A DNA stretch of 64,000 nt from Octopus vulgaris (GCA_951406725.2 OX597832.1:36022001-36086000); one strand, 5' to 3'; shown: positions 44,931 to 59,333, numbered from the stretch's first letter. Notes: generated from the letters alone by a model not told the origin. Numbers and translations: made by a program.

Positions 44931-45429
44931 TAACATATATTTGCCACCTAAGTGTCGCGTCCAATACAGGACAGTGCTACTGTTGTTTATAGCCCAAGGA
45001 AGACATCTCCTCCAGCTAGCTAACGACACACAGTCTGTGTCCGATTAATATTTGCGAGAGGAGATCATCGCTCCCATCTCTAGCCGTATAATCCTAATCC
45101 TTATAACTTTCAGGAAAATGGGTAAGTTGTATTGAAAGTTTATAGAAATACCTTTCAAACGGCATACATTACGATTATAAAGAAATTTGTGAAAAAATTA
45201 TTTAAAAAAAATTAATTAAACCACCGCACAGCACCAAGATAATGGAGTAAAACAGTAGGTGAGGAAATGGAAAGAATTAATACATTCAGAAGCACAAAAT
45301 ATAATATTATGCAGTTGAGGACAACCGCATATCTGGGTTTCGGCTTTTACATATTTAATCCTTGGGCCTCTTTAGTTTGAACTACCTGGTAAAAATTCAA
45401 GACCGTCACGTGAAACTCCGACAGTGCAA

Positions 45430-45479
<50 letters not shown>

Positions 45480-45665
45480 CACATATACATATACACATAT
45501 ATATACATATACACATATATATATATATATATATATATATGTACGTTCACATGAACATACGTGCACACACATACACCCCATTACCGCACATGAATACATA
45601 TAGCATATATACTATGAATATATGAGTTTGTGGGGATGAGTTTGCGTGCACCTGAGAGTAAGTAT

Positions 45666-47173
45666 GAATCAAACAATTCATGCTGCCTCTTCCACCTAAT
45701 CCTACCCATCATCTTCGCTAATCGAATCAAACAATTCATGCTGCCTCTTCCACCTAATCCTACCCATCATCTTCGCTAATCGAATCAAACAATTCATGCT
45801 GCCTCTTCCACCTAATCCTACCCATCATCTTCGCTAATCGAATCAAACAATTCATGCTGCCTCTTCCACCTAATCCTACCCATCATCTTCGCTAATCGAA
45901 TCAAACAATTCATGCTGCCTCTTCCACCTAATCCTACCCATCATCTTCGCTAATCGAATCAAACAATTCATGCTGCCTCTTCCACCTAATCCTACCCATC
46001 ATCTTCGCTAATCGAATCAAACAATTCATGCTGCCTCTTCCACCTAATCCTACCCATCATCTTCGCTAATCGAATCAAACAATTCATGCTGCCTCTTCCA
46101 CCTAATCCTACCCATCATCTTCGCTAATCGAATCAAACAATTCATGCTGCCTCTTCCACCTAATCCTACCCATCATCTTCGCTAATCGAATCAAACAATT
46201 CATGCTGCCTCTTCCACCTAATCCTACCCATCATCTTCGCTAATCGAATCAAACAATTCATGCTGCCTCTTCCACCTAATCCTACCCATCATCTTCGCTA
46301 ATCGAATCAAACAATTCATGCTGCCTCTTCCACCTAATCCTACCCATCATCTTCGCTAATCGAATCAAACAATTCATGCTGCCTCTTCCACCTAATCCTA
46401 CCCATCATCTTCGCTAATCGAATCAAACAATTCATGCTGCCTCTTCCACCTAATCCTACCCATCATCTTCGCTAATCGAATCAAACAATTCATGCTGCCT
46501 CTTCCACCTAATCCTACCCATCATCTTCGCTAATCGAATCAAACAATTCATGCTGCCTCTTCCACCTAATCCTCCCCATCATCTTCGCTAATCGAATCAA
46601 ACAATTCATGCTGCCTCTTCCACCTAATCCTGCCCATCATCTTCGCTAATCGAATCAAACAATTCATGCTGCCTCTTCCACCTAATCCTACCCATCATCT
46701 TCGCTAATCGAATCAAACAATTCATGCTGCCTCTTCCACCTAATCCTACCCATCATCTTCGCTAATCGAATCAAACAATTCATGCTGCCTCTTCCACCTA
46801 ATCCTACCCATCATCTTCGCTAATCGAATCAAACAATTCATGCTGCCTCTTCCACCTAATCCTACCCATCATCTTCGCTAATCGAATCAAACAATTCATG
46901 CTGCCTCTTCCACCTAATCCTACCCATCATCTTCGCTAATCGAATCAAACAATTCATGCTGCCTCTTCCACCTAATCCTACCCATCATCTTCGCTAATCG
47001 AATCAAACAATTCATGCTGCCTCTTCCACCTAATCCTACCCATCATCTTCGCTAATCGAATCAAACAATTCATGCTGCCTCTTCCACCTAATCCTACCCA
47101 TCATCTTCGCTAATCGAATCAAACAATTCATGCTGCCTCTTCCACCTAATCCTACCCATCATCTTCGCTAATC
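45666..47173. repeat. Minisatellite of 26 x 58 bp, near-perfect
   Basis: Unit GAATCAAACAATTCATGCTGCCTCTTCCACCTAATCCTACCCATCATCTTCGCTAATC. 1508 bp = 26 units, with no spacers. Confidence 0.97.
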
Positions 47174-48167
47174 GAATTGTACTTTCGCGCCATTTTCCTA
47201 TCGATTGACCGATTTAAAGAAGTGCATTTCATTTATGGTATTATCTACTTTATGCATAAATTCCTGCGCCGCCGCCGCCACCCTGTTTTATTCTCTCCCT
47301 CCTTCGCTCTCTCAATCTTTCTCTCTTTCTGACACTCACGCGCGTCACTCATTTCCCCTGTTTAACCGTTTTGTAGTTTTCCTTTAATTTACATTCACCA
47401 TTTAGTCTTCCTCATATTTTTGTTCTTTCTTTTCCCACTACTTTTCTCTCTCTCTCTCCATTCTTTCGCTCTCTTTCTTTCTTCTATCACCATCGTTTGA
47501 ATATCTTTCTATCTCTCCTTTTTATTTCTCCTTCATCCTTTATTTTCTTCGCGCATTTTCGCAAACACATTTATCAAACCCTATCTACCTGTGAGCCGTA
47601 ACTAATGCAAGTAATCAACAAAGCTGTAACAAACACCAAAGAACACTACGTATAATGTCGTTTAGCACAGTAAGGCGCAGCAGAACACTGCAGAATACTG
47701 CATAGCTACACAGAACATCGTAAAGTACTACATAAGAGGGTATAAGATTGTAGTGTACAGGAGAACATTGGGAGAATAAAGTAGACTACTACAGAACACG
47801 TTGAAAAGCTGCAGGTATTCGGTATGAAAGTGTAGAACATATTACATTCTTCTGTTGGGGAAAGTCCTCAACCGATTATTAGCAACTATTTAATACAAGC
47901 TTCACACACACACACGCATATATATACATGTGTGCATGTGTTTGTATGAGTACGTACATACATATATGTTTGTGTGTGTGTGTGTGTCTGTGTGTTTGTG
48001 CATATACGTATGCACATTTGTGAACGTATGTAGACGTTGTGAACGCAGGAGGTTTGTGTCTATGTATTGTGAGAATATGGTTGCGTGTATTTTTAATATT
48101 TTTTCTTATTTATTTTCTACCTATTAGAGTAACTTCCCTTTTATTCAACGGTCTTTCATAGCGTCTG

Positions 48168-48243
48168 TTGCCATTAATAGCTGAGGAGAATGCATCGTAG
48201 CTCTTCGCTCCGACATTCAAAACTCATAGTACTATAATGACAA
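48168..48243 (+). ncRNA. Type I hammerhead fold with one core substitution (G12>A)
   Basis: CATTAATAG-CTGAGGA-GAATG(..21 nt..)CATTC-AAAACT(CAT)AGTA^-CTATAATG. Confidence 0.6.
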
Positions 48244-48318
48244 TCTTTTACTGTTTATTCTGAATTATAACACACACACACACACACGCACGCACACACG
48301 CATACACACACACACATT

Positions 48319-48552
48319 TATTTCTTTAATGCCCACAGGGGGATAAACGTAGAAGGGACAAACAAGGATATTAAGTTGATTACATCGACCCCAGTGCGTA
48401 ACTGGTACTTATTTAATCGACCACGAAAGGATAAAAGGCAAAGTCGACCTCGGCGGAATTTAAACTCAGAACGTAACGACAGACGAAATACCCATTTCTT
48501 TACTACCCACAAGGGGCTAAACACAGAGAGGACAAACACGGACAGACAAACA
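48319..48552 (-). mobile_element. SINE family B concatemer-type unit (~1.3 copies)
   Basis: Same head-to-tail junction, GACGAAATACC|YATTTCTTTACTACCCACAAGGGG, as the array at 174-630. Confidence 0.8.
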
Positions 48553-49446
48553 CTTCGAAATTATATTTCCAATCATATAAACCACTTTGAATATTATTTT
48601 AGCAAGTCTAAAGTGATTTCTTTTGAGCCACAAATCATTTACCATTTCTGTGGTGCTCCCTCCCTTGATGCCCTAAGCACGTGCTTATTTTGCTTTATGG
48701 TTAATCCTGCCCTGGCTGGAGCCCTCATCGTCGTAACTGACGTAATGCCAGTCTTTATATACATCATTGTACATCATTATAATTTTATACTATAACTGGT
48801 CAGGTTTTGCTGTGTAAAGGATGGTCAGGCGTTGACATTCAGAATAATGGCGTAAATGGCTCCAACCGAGCACGTTATACTGTAAAACATGTATTTAGTA
48901 CTCTTTTTCAGCTTTGTTATAATCAAGGTGTATATTAGAGTAAGTGTGTGTGTGTGCATACGTATGTGCATATATATTCTACGTATACCTTTATATGTAT
49001 GTATTTATTTGCGCATATATCCACGTGTATATGTCTCTGTGTGCGCGCACAAACACATATACATACACGAACGTATGCATATAGAGATAACAAGCTATTT
49101 ACATTCTATTCATTTCTTTGTAATTGTCCTGAATATTTCTCGAGTATTTGTTTTATCATAAATTAAGGGAAAGAATAAAGGTTCAAGGTAAAACTAAAAT
49201 ATTTCCTTCCCTCTCCCCACCCCCGTCCTCCGCCAACTACACTCCCCCCCCCCCCCCACAACACTCCCTCCACCTCTGCTCCACTAAAATACTCTTTACT
49301 CACCTACGCTAAGCAGGAGAAGATAAACACGATTAAATCGATTTTCAAAAAAAAAACATTTGTTTTTAAAAATTCGTTTTTCATATTCTATCTTTCTATA
49401 TTTTTTATAAATCGCTTACAGAAACAACAAAATATCACTGCAAAAG

Positions 49447-49478
<32 letters not shown>

Positions 49479-50029
49479 TGACTACTACCACCACCAACAC
49501 CACCAACACCATCACCACCACCATTCAACATTCTACCAAACAACCTCAGAGATTTATGAGATGTAGATGTGAAGGCCTTAAAAACAGGAAAACTTTTTAA
49601 TTCGCTACTTCACCAAAAATAATAGAAACCACACTAAAAGGCAGCGCTGCAGCATCTCCTCAACCCCTGGCTGAAAAACAGTATAAGATCAAGGATAAAA
49701 GATAAAGGAAAAGATATCGGGAAAAAGAAAAACGCTTGATCTCGTTATTGTACTGTAATAATTTCCTCACCCGTCATTCTAATGTAATATACTCTTGGTA
49801 AAATACAAAAGTTACAGTGTTTCTAGTAGCAGTAAAGTTAGAGTAATACGAAGAGTGTTTGCCAGTAAATCTCAATGATTGTCCAATTTCCAACATCCAA
49901 CCAAATCTTTTCAACAGTAGACAGAATTGCAGTCAAAAATGGATTGTCTCAAGGATTAAGGATCTTATTTATTTATTCTTTAATTCTAATTGGTCTTTTC
50001 TTCGTCGATTCCAAAGGATGAGAAATTTT

Positions 50030-50242
50030 TAGCCGGTCATATTGGCCCAAATTCTACCTGTTATATGTTCAAACCGGTCAGTTTTGGTATTTCACACTTA
50101 GCCTACATTTGTCATTCTATACAGATACAAACACACCATTGAAATCTCAAAGTTACGAAATGATGCATGATTAATTCAAAACAATGATGGGAATAAATAA
50201 ACATTACATTTGACAGGTTAATCTGAATGCTAAAAGAGTTAA
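50030..50242. mobile_element. Probable TTAA-type (piggyBac-like) MITE remnant
   Basis: Ends ...TAATCTGAATGCTAAAAGAG|TTAA, resembling a GGG-TTAA terminus. No matching left end was seen. Confidence 0.3.
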
Positions 50243-51314
50243 CACCATATTCACTACAAAATATATTTTGAGAGTTTTAGATACCCTTTGAATATATTCT
50301 ATAGTACGACATAGCTTTGAAATAAAACGCTGTAAATGGTAAATGTAGCAGTGATTTATAAATGAATTGCAAGAATAGAATTCCGCATTTTAAATGCTAG
50401 GTTCGAAATTATTGGTTTTTCACATTACATTATAAATATTGGTTTAAGTGGCGAACATAGGAATAAACTTTGTTTATTTTGTTCATTAGAGCATTGTTAC
50501 ACACACACACGTATGTATGTATGTATGTATGTATGTATGTATGTATGTATGTATGTATGTATGTATGTATGTATGTATGTATGTATGTATGTATGTGAGT
50601 ATGTATGTATATTTATAAGAATATTCGGTGATCCAAAAATGGATCTGATACAAGAATTAGCGTAAATTGTTGGCGTAATTAAGAAAATGTTTTTAAGTAT
50701 TCTATATTTATGTTTGAACAAATATAGCAACAGTTTAAAATAGCCGTCATAATCAATGGAAAATTAATACATAACAAAAAAGATAACACAGTTTTCTAAA
50801 AAAAAATGTTAGTGTACTTAATCTATTTATTCACTGCACACACTCTGTCTACCGGGTGCTAATTTGGTAACTTCCTGTTTTCCTTTTTGAGATTTCCGAT
50901 TTTCACATTGTCTGGTTACCTTTCATCATTATGACTTCCTCTTCCTTATTCCAATATATCTAAAACAGTCTTATCAAACACAAACTATGGCTTTTGTCTA
51001 AGAAACGATTTGTAGTAACAATAAAAGGTACCAAAAATCTCAACGACAGAATCAGACAGCATGTCTAAGCTAATTAATGAATGTAACTGAAGATTTTTAA
51101 TTCTATGGGAATTTCCAATATTTAAAACAAACAGCCTTTACAGACATTTTGCAAGAATCGAAATATGTTTTTGTGTGTGTATCTGATGCGTACACGAGTT
51201 AGTGTGTGTGTGTATTTCTGCCTGCAAATGTGCTTTTAAAATTGAAAATAATATATTGTGTGAAAGGGAACATCATCAAGGATTAAATTATTTGATAAAA
51301 AGTGAACGCAAACC

Positions 51315-51369
<55 letters not shown>

Positions 51370-54300
51370 ATACACACTTGCGCTCACACTCCCCTCTCAC
51401 ACACATGGTACGACTGAGATTAAAAAGAAAAGGCTAATGGAGAAGAATTTCCATCACACTCTTGAACAATGAAACGAATTATCAAAATACTTACAAATAT
51501 GTACAAACAGATGTGTGCGCGCACGCACGCCCGTATTTAAGTGTATGTTTGATGTACATAGTGTGTTTCCGTGTGAAAGACTTTAAAATGTAAAACAAAA
51601 TCTTCACGGGGGGAATCGCATACATTTCTCTTTGACAAGGCTTTATAAGAATGTTATCGACCCTTCTATGGTATTAAAATTTTTATTTGGCGAGAAAAAT
51701 TACCATCCCAAACTATGTATGTGTTATATGTATGTGTGTGTGTGTGTGTGTGAGTGTGTGTGAGTGTGTATGTGTGTGTGTGTGCGTGTGTTTGTGTATG
51801 TATACGTGTGTGTGTGTGTGTGTGTGACGGTTATTGCTAGTCTGCGATTTAAACAAAAGTGCTTTCTTACACCATGAGTCCATATAAAAGGTTCACTCAT
51901 GGTAAATAACTCAGTGTTCTATGTTCTAATAAAACACTCACTTTGAGTGAATGATACGTATTCCTTTTTTTTTTTTTGTAGAAATACTGCTTTTGTCGCT
52001 ATTAATCATGTGTGTGTGAGCGAGTGTTTGTGTTTGTGTGTGCGTGTGTTTATGTGTGTGTTTGCATGTGTGTGTGTGTAGACACACACACACAAGCACA
52101 TACTGTTACACATACATTTACACACACACGTCCTTTCGCACAGAGACATATAAATAGCAATCGCATAAGCAGTGTTAATGGATTTAAAGAGTCAACGAGT
52201 TTTAAATAGCAGAAGCCAATATAGTCGCAGTTAAACCGACAAATATCGGATGCAGCATTGAAGACTTTCTTTCGTAGATAGCGCTTCTCAAGAATGTGAG
52301 TGAATAGCGGCGAGCTATCACCGTTGTGTATCTGTATAGCTCTGCAGAGAGTCAGCAGGTGTTGTGACCATATCTATTGACTCTAATTGAAAAAGCGAAT
52401 CATTCTAATGTGGTTTCTGAAATCTAAAGAATACAAGGTTTAGAAGAACGATCACTTAAGTTTATGGCATTAATTATGTTCTTTTGATTTGGTAGATGGT
52501 ACACGTTTGTTGTTTCTCTGAAACGAGTGATATGGTTTGAAGTGGTTCTTCGTAATTTGATTGTCAGTAAAATTGAAGAAGACCTTTCAGGTTTTCCGTG
52601 ACTGCAGAAGGGAACAGGTAGATGTTGGTAGAAGATGTTGTACTTAAATTATATAGAAGAATAAAGGGTCGTCCCCTTGGAAAAGACGTGAGTAATATTT
52701 CTGCTGATTAAAAAAGGGTTTATTGATTAAAAGAAGAAAGCGTGTGTAGAAGGTCGTTGATAAACGCCATAGTCGTTTAGTGTGTAATTGAGATGGAGAT
52801 ATCAAGACAGATAAGGGCAGAAATGTTCGATCACTGATTAATTTTAGGTTCAAAAGATTGAACGCATGATTGGCCCAGTTTCCTATGATAAACTTTGATG
52901 AAATAGGTGATTGGTTAGCTGTGGTATTTCTTAAATCGTGCGTTCAAGTCAACTGCAAGCATTTTGTTGGATATTTAGGCAGTCCACGTATTTGCTGTAT
53001 CTCAGGTCATATAAAAATAGATGACATTAAATTCTCGAGAAAGATTATCTGAGGTGTTCTATACAGAGGCACGTATATCTCTTAGCTGATTAATTCTCCC
53101 AGAAAGTTGCATTTACACGGAAGTTTTAATTGACGTGACATAATGAACCAGCTTATGAAGAGAAATGCTGGTCAAAACTGTAGTAACAATGAAATATAAC
53201 AATTTCTGTGACGTTATAAAAATTTATGAATACAACAATGGAAGTGGCGTTCTAAAGCGACTTCTTTTTAATGTACTCAATGGTGGCCATTAGAGTACAC
53301 GAAATGGTATTTTAAACATGGAAACGAATACTTCAGCGAACATCATCAGGTTTTCTTTCTATTACATCTAAAAACGGAATGAATAATTGTTTTGTTTTTA
53401 ATTATTTTGTTGGTTATGTGAGATGTGAGAATTGACGGTCTGGTCACGAAGATCTGAGCGGCCATTTTAAGCCAAGATTGATTGATACACATAAAAACAA
53501 ATCAAATAGAAATGTCTAGCAAAGAAATAAATATTTGTTCAGCCAGTTTTTTCTAATCCTATTTATTCATGTGGCTCAACCTAATCGTCTATAATGAATT
53601 CTGGAATAAATTTTCAGTTTTTGTTGAATGAAATATTGTAAACTTGTAGAATTAAAATAATTAAAGGTGACATGAGAACGTCAACATTTTTCACTGGTTA
53701 AATCTAATTATTGATCTGGATGGATTCATTTGTTAAGAACGTGTGTACATTCTGTGTAAATGTATGTGTTTATACGTGTGGTATGCAAGTGCGCATGCGC
53801 AGCTGAATGTATTTGTATATGTAAGTGCATTTTGTGTGTGTGTGTGTGTACGCGCGCTTATCTGCGTATTCCCAAGTATAGATGTATGCATGTGTTGAAT
53901 GTTTCAATATGTGAATGGTTATTCGAAAATATGTTAAAATTCTGATCATATATTGTTGATTTGTTGAGAGAAAAATAGCGAACAACCTGTTGAAGTTCGT
54001 TAGATAGACTTTTGTCGACAAAATTTAAATGTTCCGAAGATATGAAGGGAAATTTTTAAATGTTGACATCACTACGGCAGAGAGCGGTAGGATGTCTGAT
54101 ACAACGCTGAAATGATATGACAAAGACTGTATGCGGTCATTTGAAATACGAGAACTAACAACCAAATGTCGCTCAATCACAGTTTTCCATCTTAAAAATA
54201 GGAACGGCATTTCGGATAATGTGTTCCTAGATGCTCTGTTAGAATATAAGATAGAACAATCTGGAGGGGAGCATCATTGATCGTAGGTCTACTGGATCAG

Positions 54301-54559
54301 CACTGACCTCGGACAATGCAACGAGGACAATCTACTGAATGAGAACTGATTTGGTGATAAATAACAACAATAACAACGGCAATAGCAACAGTCAAAAGCA
54401 TTCGTCATCCAATATTTATGGCAATGTGCGTCTATTAGAAATAGATACATCTGTAGACAGATGCTTTTCTGTAAGTATGGTGCATATTGCATCCTGTCAG
54501 GTATAGAATTTTGCTCCTGTTGTTGAGATGGTCACTTTAGTCTTGGCTCACCGGCAGGA

Positions 54560-55280
54560 ACACCTTCAACTTGATCTGGTCATTGTTTAGGGGTCCTAAG
54601 TCGACCAAGTAGATCACAAATTTGTGATTTGTATAGTGGATCAGTTTGAACTGTAGACATCCTGAATTATTCCTCTATGCTGGCATAACCAACACTCTAG
54701 GTTCCGATCTAGCTGACTCGCTGTGATTGCCCATGTCCATATTGGCTCATCAGGAAAATTTTCAAGACTTCCGCAACCCGCATCTCCTACGTCACAGACT
54801 TGTCGTTCGTCTAAGATGCCGTTCCAGCCCTCCACTATTAGCGGAGATCTGTACGTCACCAGAAAGGCTTCTTGGTGCCTGAAGAAGTAGACCTGTCTTG
54901 CCACTGTCGGGGCATAGGCGACTACAAATCTGCAGACTTCGCTTTCTTTACACTTCACGTCCAGAACCGCCAATTCACCGTCTGCGTCCAAGTAAGATAG
55001 CCAATACCTTGAGAGATAAGGATTTTCGGAATAATGCTGTCACCTTACCTTCTAATCCCGACAGATGTGAATATCTCAGAAATGAGTGTTTGCGGTCCAG
55101 GGATCCTAGTTTCGCTGATGGCTACTGCATCATCGACATCTAGCGAATGAAGTCACTAGCCAAGTGACCTTGTTTCATAGCTGGTCCCAGTTCTCATATA
55201 TTTATACACCCGACTCTCAATGCGATCGCGTCTGTTGGAGAAACAAGATGTGGAGTGTTTTCTCGACTTTGCGCTAATGA
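54560..55280 (-). mobile_element. L1/Tx1-like LINE AP-endonuclease fragment (decayed)
   Basis: DADGELAVLDV...RFVVAYAPT...FF..L..FL....PLIVEGWNGILD (~ GDFN)...EPIWTW...LDR. Confidence 0.7.
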
Positions 55281-55423
55281 AGGTCGCATAATCCGATCTG
55301 TTAATTGGTTAAGGAGAAAACATCAAAGTTTGTGAGTCAGTTTTTGTTAAGACTGTTTAGGCTTTGTACATCATTTACATTATTTACATTTGACGGATAT
55401 TTGTCCTCATTTTGTTTGTTGTT

Positions 55424-55469
55424 AACACAACGTTTCGGCTGATATACCCTCCAGCCTTCATCAGGTGTC
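55424..55469 (-). ncRNA. Minimal type I hammerhead ribozyme with intact core, in a short element adjoining (AAC)n(AAT)n
   Basis: Minus strand: GACAC-CTGATGA-A-GGCTG(GAGGGTATAT)CAGCC-GAAAC-GTT^-GTGTT. Confidence 0.75.
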
Positions 55470-55518
55470 TTGGAGAAATTTCCAACCTGGGTTCTCATTC
55501 CTAAGGTATTTTTCGATC

Positions 55519-55817
<299 letters not shown>

Positions 55818-56320
55818 CAATATGTGGAGGAGAGTAAGAAAAGTTCCCATGTGTCTGCAGATCAGGCAAATTTTACTGCAATGTCAAAAAATTTTAGATT
55901 GAATGATTAATTTTATTCGAAATAAACCAAGTGATCCGATACAGACGATTCTCTTTCATTTTCTGCTGTAGACATTTAGACATTGGAGAGAAGAAAGGTT
56001 AGAATCGAGCAGAGGATGAGATAAAATGGAATCCTTCAATGAATTTCACTCAGACATCAAACGATATGGAAATAGGAGACGAGTAATATTGGCTGGAAAT
56101 GGTCTCAGTTTTTTTTATCTGCCCCTTACAATATCGTATTAAAGATAGTGTTGCCCACGTCAAGGCGAATGGAAGCTTTATTATTTCCATTCCGGCAATA
56201 GTTTCTGGTATCAATACAAGTATAGCTTTCGACTGATATTAAATACGGGCAATCTGTCCGACATGTGTCATTTTAAATATTAAATTTAACTCATTTAGCT
56301 CGACTTCGTTTCTCTTTCTT

Positions 56321-56381
<61 letters not shown>

Positions 56382-56589
56382 AATGTCTGTATGAGCGTGC
56401 ATGTATGTGTGAATGTGTGTATGCGCGTGTGAAAGCAAGTGTATAAGAGTTTCAACGACTGTTTGTGGTATATATGTGTGTATATATGAGTGTATATATG
56501 CATGTATGTACATATATTTTATATATGTGTGTGCATGAGTACATTGTCTATATCACGTTTATAGATTTTAGAACTAGCTATTTTGCTCC

Positions 56590-56623
<34 letters not shown>

Positions 56624-56673
56624 AGTATGTCTAGATATATCTATATATAGATATATATATCAACATATATCTC

Positions 56674-56744
<71 letters not shown>

Positions 56745-57170
56745 ATGTCTGTATGCATGTAAGTATATATATGCATATATCCGTATGTGCGTGTGTATGT
56801 ATGTCTGTATATATGGGTGTATATATATATATCTTTATGCAATATTATGTAATAGATACGCATTCTTATTCTCACGCGCACACATTTACACACACACACT
56901 CGCACACACACATTATATATGTGTGAATGGTGCGCATGTGTACGTGACAACAGGTAGTATGTATATACAGGTGAATATTGAGTAACATGTGTCTCTTACA
57001 TACAGATATATATAAAAATGTATCAGGAAATATATTCCCGTATGCGATATACAAACATGTATCATACATGCATACATACATTCATGTATACCTTTATGCA
57101 TACGTAATATCATTGATATTTATATGCACACACACACACTCACACACACATACAGATACATATATACCTT

Positions 57171-57257
<87 letters not shown>

Positions 57258-57581
57258 GGGGAGAAAAGTAAGAAGGGAGACTGTGAGGACGAGTAAAGAT
57301 CGATATTGTTGAATTAGAGAAAAATACTGAATACACACACGCACAAACACACACACAAACACACACACACACACACTCACACACACAGAAAGAAAGAGTT
57401 TGAAAATTATAAAATTAGAGAAAGTAAACGTCTGAACTATGAAAGAAGGTGAAATAACCGAAGCTCATTAATCTCGCCGTAGCTTGCTACTGTTACGTTG
57501 GCGGTTGGATATTTCATGGTTGGTACAAGTACTTCGCAATACCTTCCATGTAGATGTTTCTATGTATCCATCTACAAAGCT

Positions 57582-57653
<72 letters not shown>

Positions 57654-57774
57654 CTTACCTACCTGTTTGTTTCGGCCTATCTTTTATCTCCTTTTCTCAA
57701 ATTTGTTCCTAACCTTAGTCTTTTTCTATACACAAACTGCCTCGGTAACTATCTCTTTAAGTCTGTTTACTTAC

Positions 57775-57864
<90 letters not shown>

Positions 57865-57975
57865 GCCTGTCTGAATGTCTAATCTAACTATCTATCTACT
57901 TACCTACCTACATACCTATCTACATACATGCATAGCTTCCTCCCTACCTGCCTATTTCTCTCTCTCTCTCTTTTC

Positions 57976-58023
<48 letters not shown>

Positions 58024-58103
58024 GTACCTCTATGTCCCACCACGTTGTACTGCACTAGTGTAAGGGATGTACTATTGAGACTGAACATGTCACGGAAGGT
58101 TTT

Positions 58104-58136
<33 letters not shown>

Positions 58137-58141
<5 letters not shown>

Positions 58142-58478
58142 AAATTTAGAGGACTGACCACTAAAAGTGGACAGCCTATATGCTAAACATAGACATCAAT
58201 TGCCAGGAAGAATGTGTTCTCAAGAAAAATCTCAGCAAGAAACCAAAATGTAAAAATAAGCAAGACAAAAGAAAATATACGAAATAAAAAACGATTACCT
58301 ACGTACCATTGGTTTCACTTATATTTACGTATATGGACACGCAAATATCTGCAAGATCATCAGCATAGTCTGTCGTTTACAAAACGCAATTTCCAGAACT
58401 AAATACAGAGCGCTCAGCCGAAATCCAGCATGTATAACGTTCTATAAATTATATTGGTCAGTCCTCTAAATTTTGTAT
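58137..58478. mobile_element. 342-bp cassette with perfect 24-bp terminal inverted repeats and an internal hammerhead
   Basis: ATACAAAATTTAGAGGACTGACCA (58137-58160) / TGGTCAGTCCTCTAAATTTTGTAT (58455-58478); abuts (TA)n. Confidence 0.75.
58299..58368 (-). ncRNA. Type I hammerhead with extended helix II
   Basis: Minus strand: CTATG-CTGATGA-T-CTT-GCAG-ATATTTGCGTGT(CCAT)ATACGTAAATAT-AAG-T-GAAACC(AAT)GGTA^-CGTAG. Confidence 0.7.
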
Positions 58479-58807
58479 GTAAAACAATTTTTAATCTTCG
58501 GATTTTTTAAAATATGCTAAGCCACTGGTTTTAATTGATTAATATCAATGTCTACCCTTATTTAATTTTAAATAAAAAAAATGTTCTCTGACCGGTAAAT
58601 TGACTGCTGTAGTTTATTAACTGCAGAGTAGTTTCCGATCTCAGCGCGCCAAAGTGAAGGCATTTGAAAGATACACCTAAATATATAAAATTGCTAAAGA
58701 ATGAAGGACAACCCAAGATGAATTAAACAATTAAAGATTTTACAATTTTGTATTGTGTTTTCTTTTAATTAATTATCTTCCTTTTTTTACCTATATATAT
58801 GTGTGTT

Positions 58808-58850
<43 letters not shown>

Positions 58851-59121
58851 GGAGAGAGAAAGAGAGAGAGAGAAATTGGGAAGAGCTATAGTAATTGATT
58901 ATCAATCCAGGCAAAATACTTCGTGAGCATTCTGCTGGCACACCGGGCTAACAATACTGTTTAGATTAATAAAGAACTCCAAGTGTTCCTATGGCTGGCT
59001 CCGAAGTTGTAGTTCATCACAATTCTATGCAGTAAATCCGTGGTTGCGCTCCAGTTAAACTGGTTTTTACACAGAGTGATACATAAGACAAGATAGAGAT
59101 AATGGTCATTACATTTTTTTC

Positions 59122-59277
59122 TTTTATTAGAGTAAATTTCTGGTTAAATGGCTCTGACGAAAGTAGCATTAATTTTTTATGTCGTTCAAGTTCTCTCAAC
59201 TGATCAATAGACCAACTGAGTAACGTACCAATAATGACTGCTAGAAACAGCTGTAAGCTAAATTTACTCCAATAAAG
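59122..59277 (+). ncRNA. Type I hammerhead with long helix II insert and extended helix I
   Basis: TTTATTAGAGTAAATTT..GGCT-CTGACGA-A-AGTAGCATTA(..~60 nt..)TAATGACTGCT-A-GAAAC(AGCT)GTA^-AGCT-AAATTTACTCCAATAAA. Confidence 0.6.
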
Positions 59278-59333
59278 AAAAAGATATGTAATGACAATTA
59301 TTTATATATTGCCGAAACCCTCGGACCTTCAGT

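Noticed and set aside
45666-47173. CRISPR-like regular array
   Set aside because: Units are contiguous and identical with no unique spacers, there are no cas genes, and the context is eukaryotic.
54150-54320. Possible mariner C-terminal remnant on the minus strand (LRWKTVIE)
   Set aside because: A single short motif; insufficient.
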